Positions 63,180-64,000 of a stretch of DNA of 64,000 bases are shown here, piece by piece. Each line of letters opens with the position of its first letter. Position 1 is the first letter of the stretch. Below the pieces are notes generated by a model that saw only the letters and a list, made by a program, of their open reading frames with translations, was not told where the DNA came from and searched no databases. This DNA comes from Octopus sinensis. Lineage: Eukaryota. The stretch lies in assembly GCF_006345805.1 (NCBI RefSeq), contig NC_043002.1, positions 46,066,001-46,130,000 of the forward strand, read 5' to 3'. The position numbers and the translations under genes are program-made.

Positions 63180-63640
63180 TGACAGTAAAGATATCTTGAA
63201 AGTAAATAGACGCCATCATTTTTGAAAGATTTATTTCTCCTTTCTTGTTTGGATATTTGCTGGTTGATGGAGAGATTTCAACTTAGCTGTTCTATTATAA
63301 TAGTAGCCAAGTTGAAGGAGATACCTCACAGAAGTAATGCAAAACTTATTTGGAGTTGCTCTGCAACATCATTTGCTTTTCAACAGAAATTTATTTCAAC
63401 AATCCACTTGATAGCCCAAAGACACATGTCAGAGAACTCAGGTCAACTTGAGTGGAATATTATCGATTCCATTCCTTTGCTGGCAAATTGTACAATCATT
63501 CTGTTGACTGTCGAAAGAGGAATCCCAAAGTTTTGTGCAATCTTACACTGGCTAAGTCCACCCTCAGATTGACCCAAAATACGCACTCATTGCAGATCAG
63601 ACAACTCTTTTGCTTCTGGTTTTTGCTGCTTGGTTAGTTA
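63180..63640 (-). pseudogene. Tc1-like transposase N-terminal (HTH) remnant
   Basis: [41 protein letters not shown]. Confidence 0.7.
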
Positions 63641-64000
63641 CTATAAACAGTTAGTATACTGTATTCTGAAATGAAAAATAATAATACATTAATAAGTTTG
63701 GAGCACCAGGTAGTGTCTGCACAGATAAAATCATATGACAAGGGGTGCATATTATCTTTTGGGATGTTGTAATATTACCACGTGTCCAACCTTCAATTTA
63801 TCAATTTATCAATAAAGAAAAAGCAAAAATTAAATTGTCTCTTGGTTGAACAATAAATCTTAAACCACACCAAGGCTTCCAATCAATGACTATGTGTAAT
63901 GTTAATTGATTTCTTTTGTTGTGTTGTCTTGTTATGTTATTTCCTGTCAATCACGCGTAACTGCACCTACATACTGTCTAGTGTAAGCATGTTGCACAGA

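Overview
AT-rich eukaryotic genomic DNA dominated by microsatellites and transposable elements. The SINE, RTE-LINE and Penelope content together with (GAT)n-tailed repeats look like an octopus/cephalopod genome (inference, not verified). I found no confident host protein-coding gene, only a few weak exon candidates, so the window is probably intronic or intergenic. Identifiable elements: a young 5'-truncated RTE LINE carrying a PHD-like finger (16.0-18.05 kb) plus many copies of its 3' end; a CR1-type RT relic; several Penelope-like element (PLE) relics; a full-length decayed Tc1 with TIRs and TA TSD; mariner, maT, Helitron and piggyBac-MITE remnants; and tRNA-derived SINEs. The main finding is at 58.3-60.15 kb: a near-identical 482-bp tandem array plus an inverted, phase-shifted copy. 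Every unit carries a type I hammerhead-ribozyme fold, making it a candidate retrozyme. It sits beside PLE relics, and at least six more hammerhead-like motifs lie in the window, including a U3-A8 core variant. All structures were folded by eye and need computational and in vitro confirmation.
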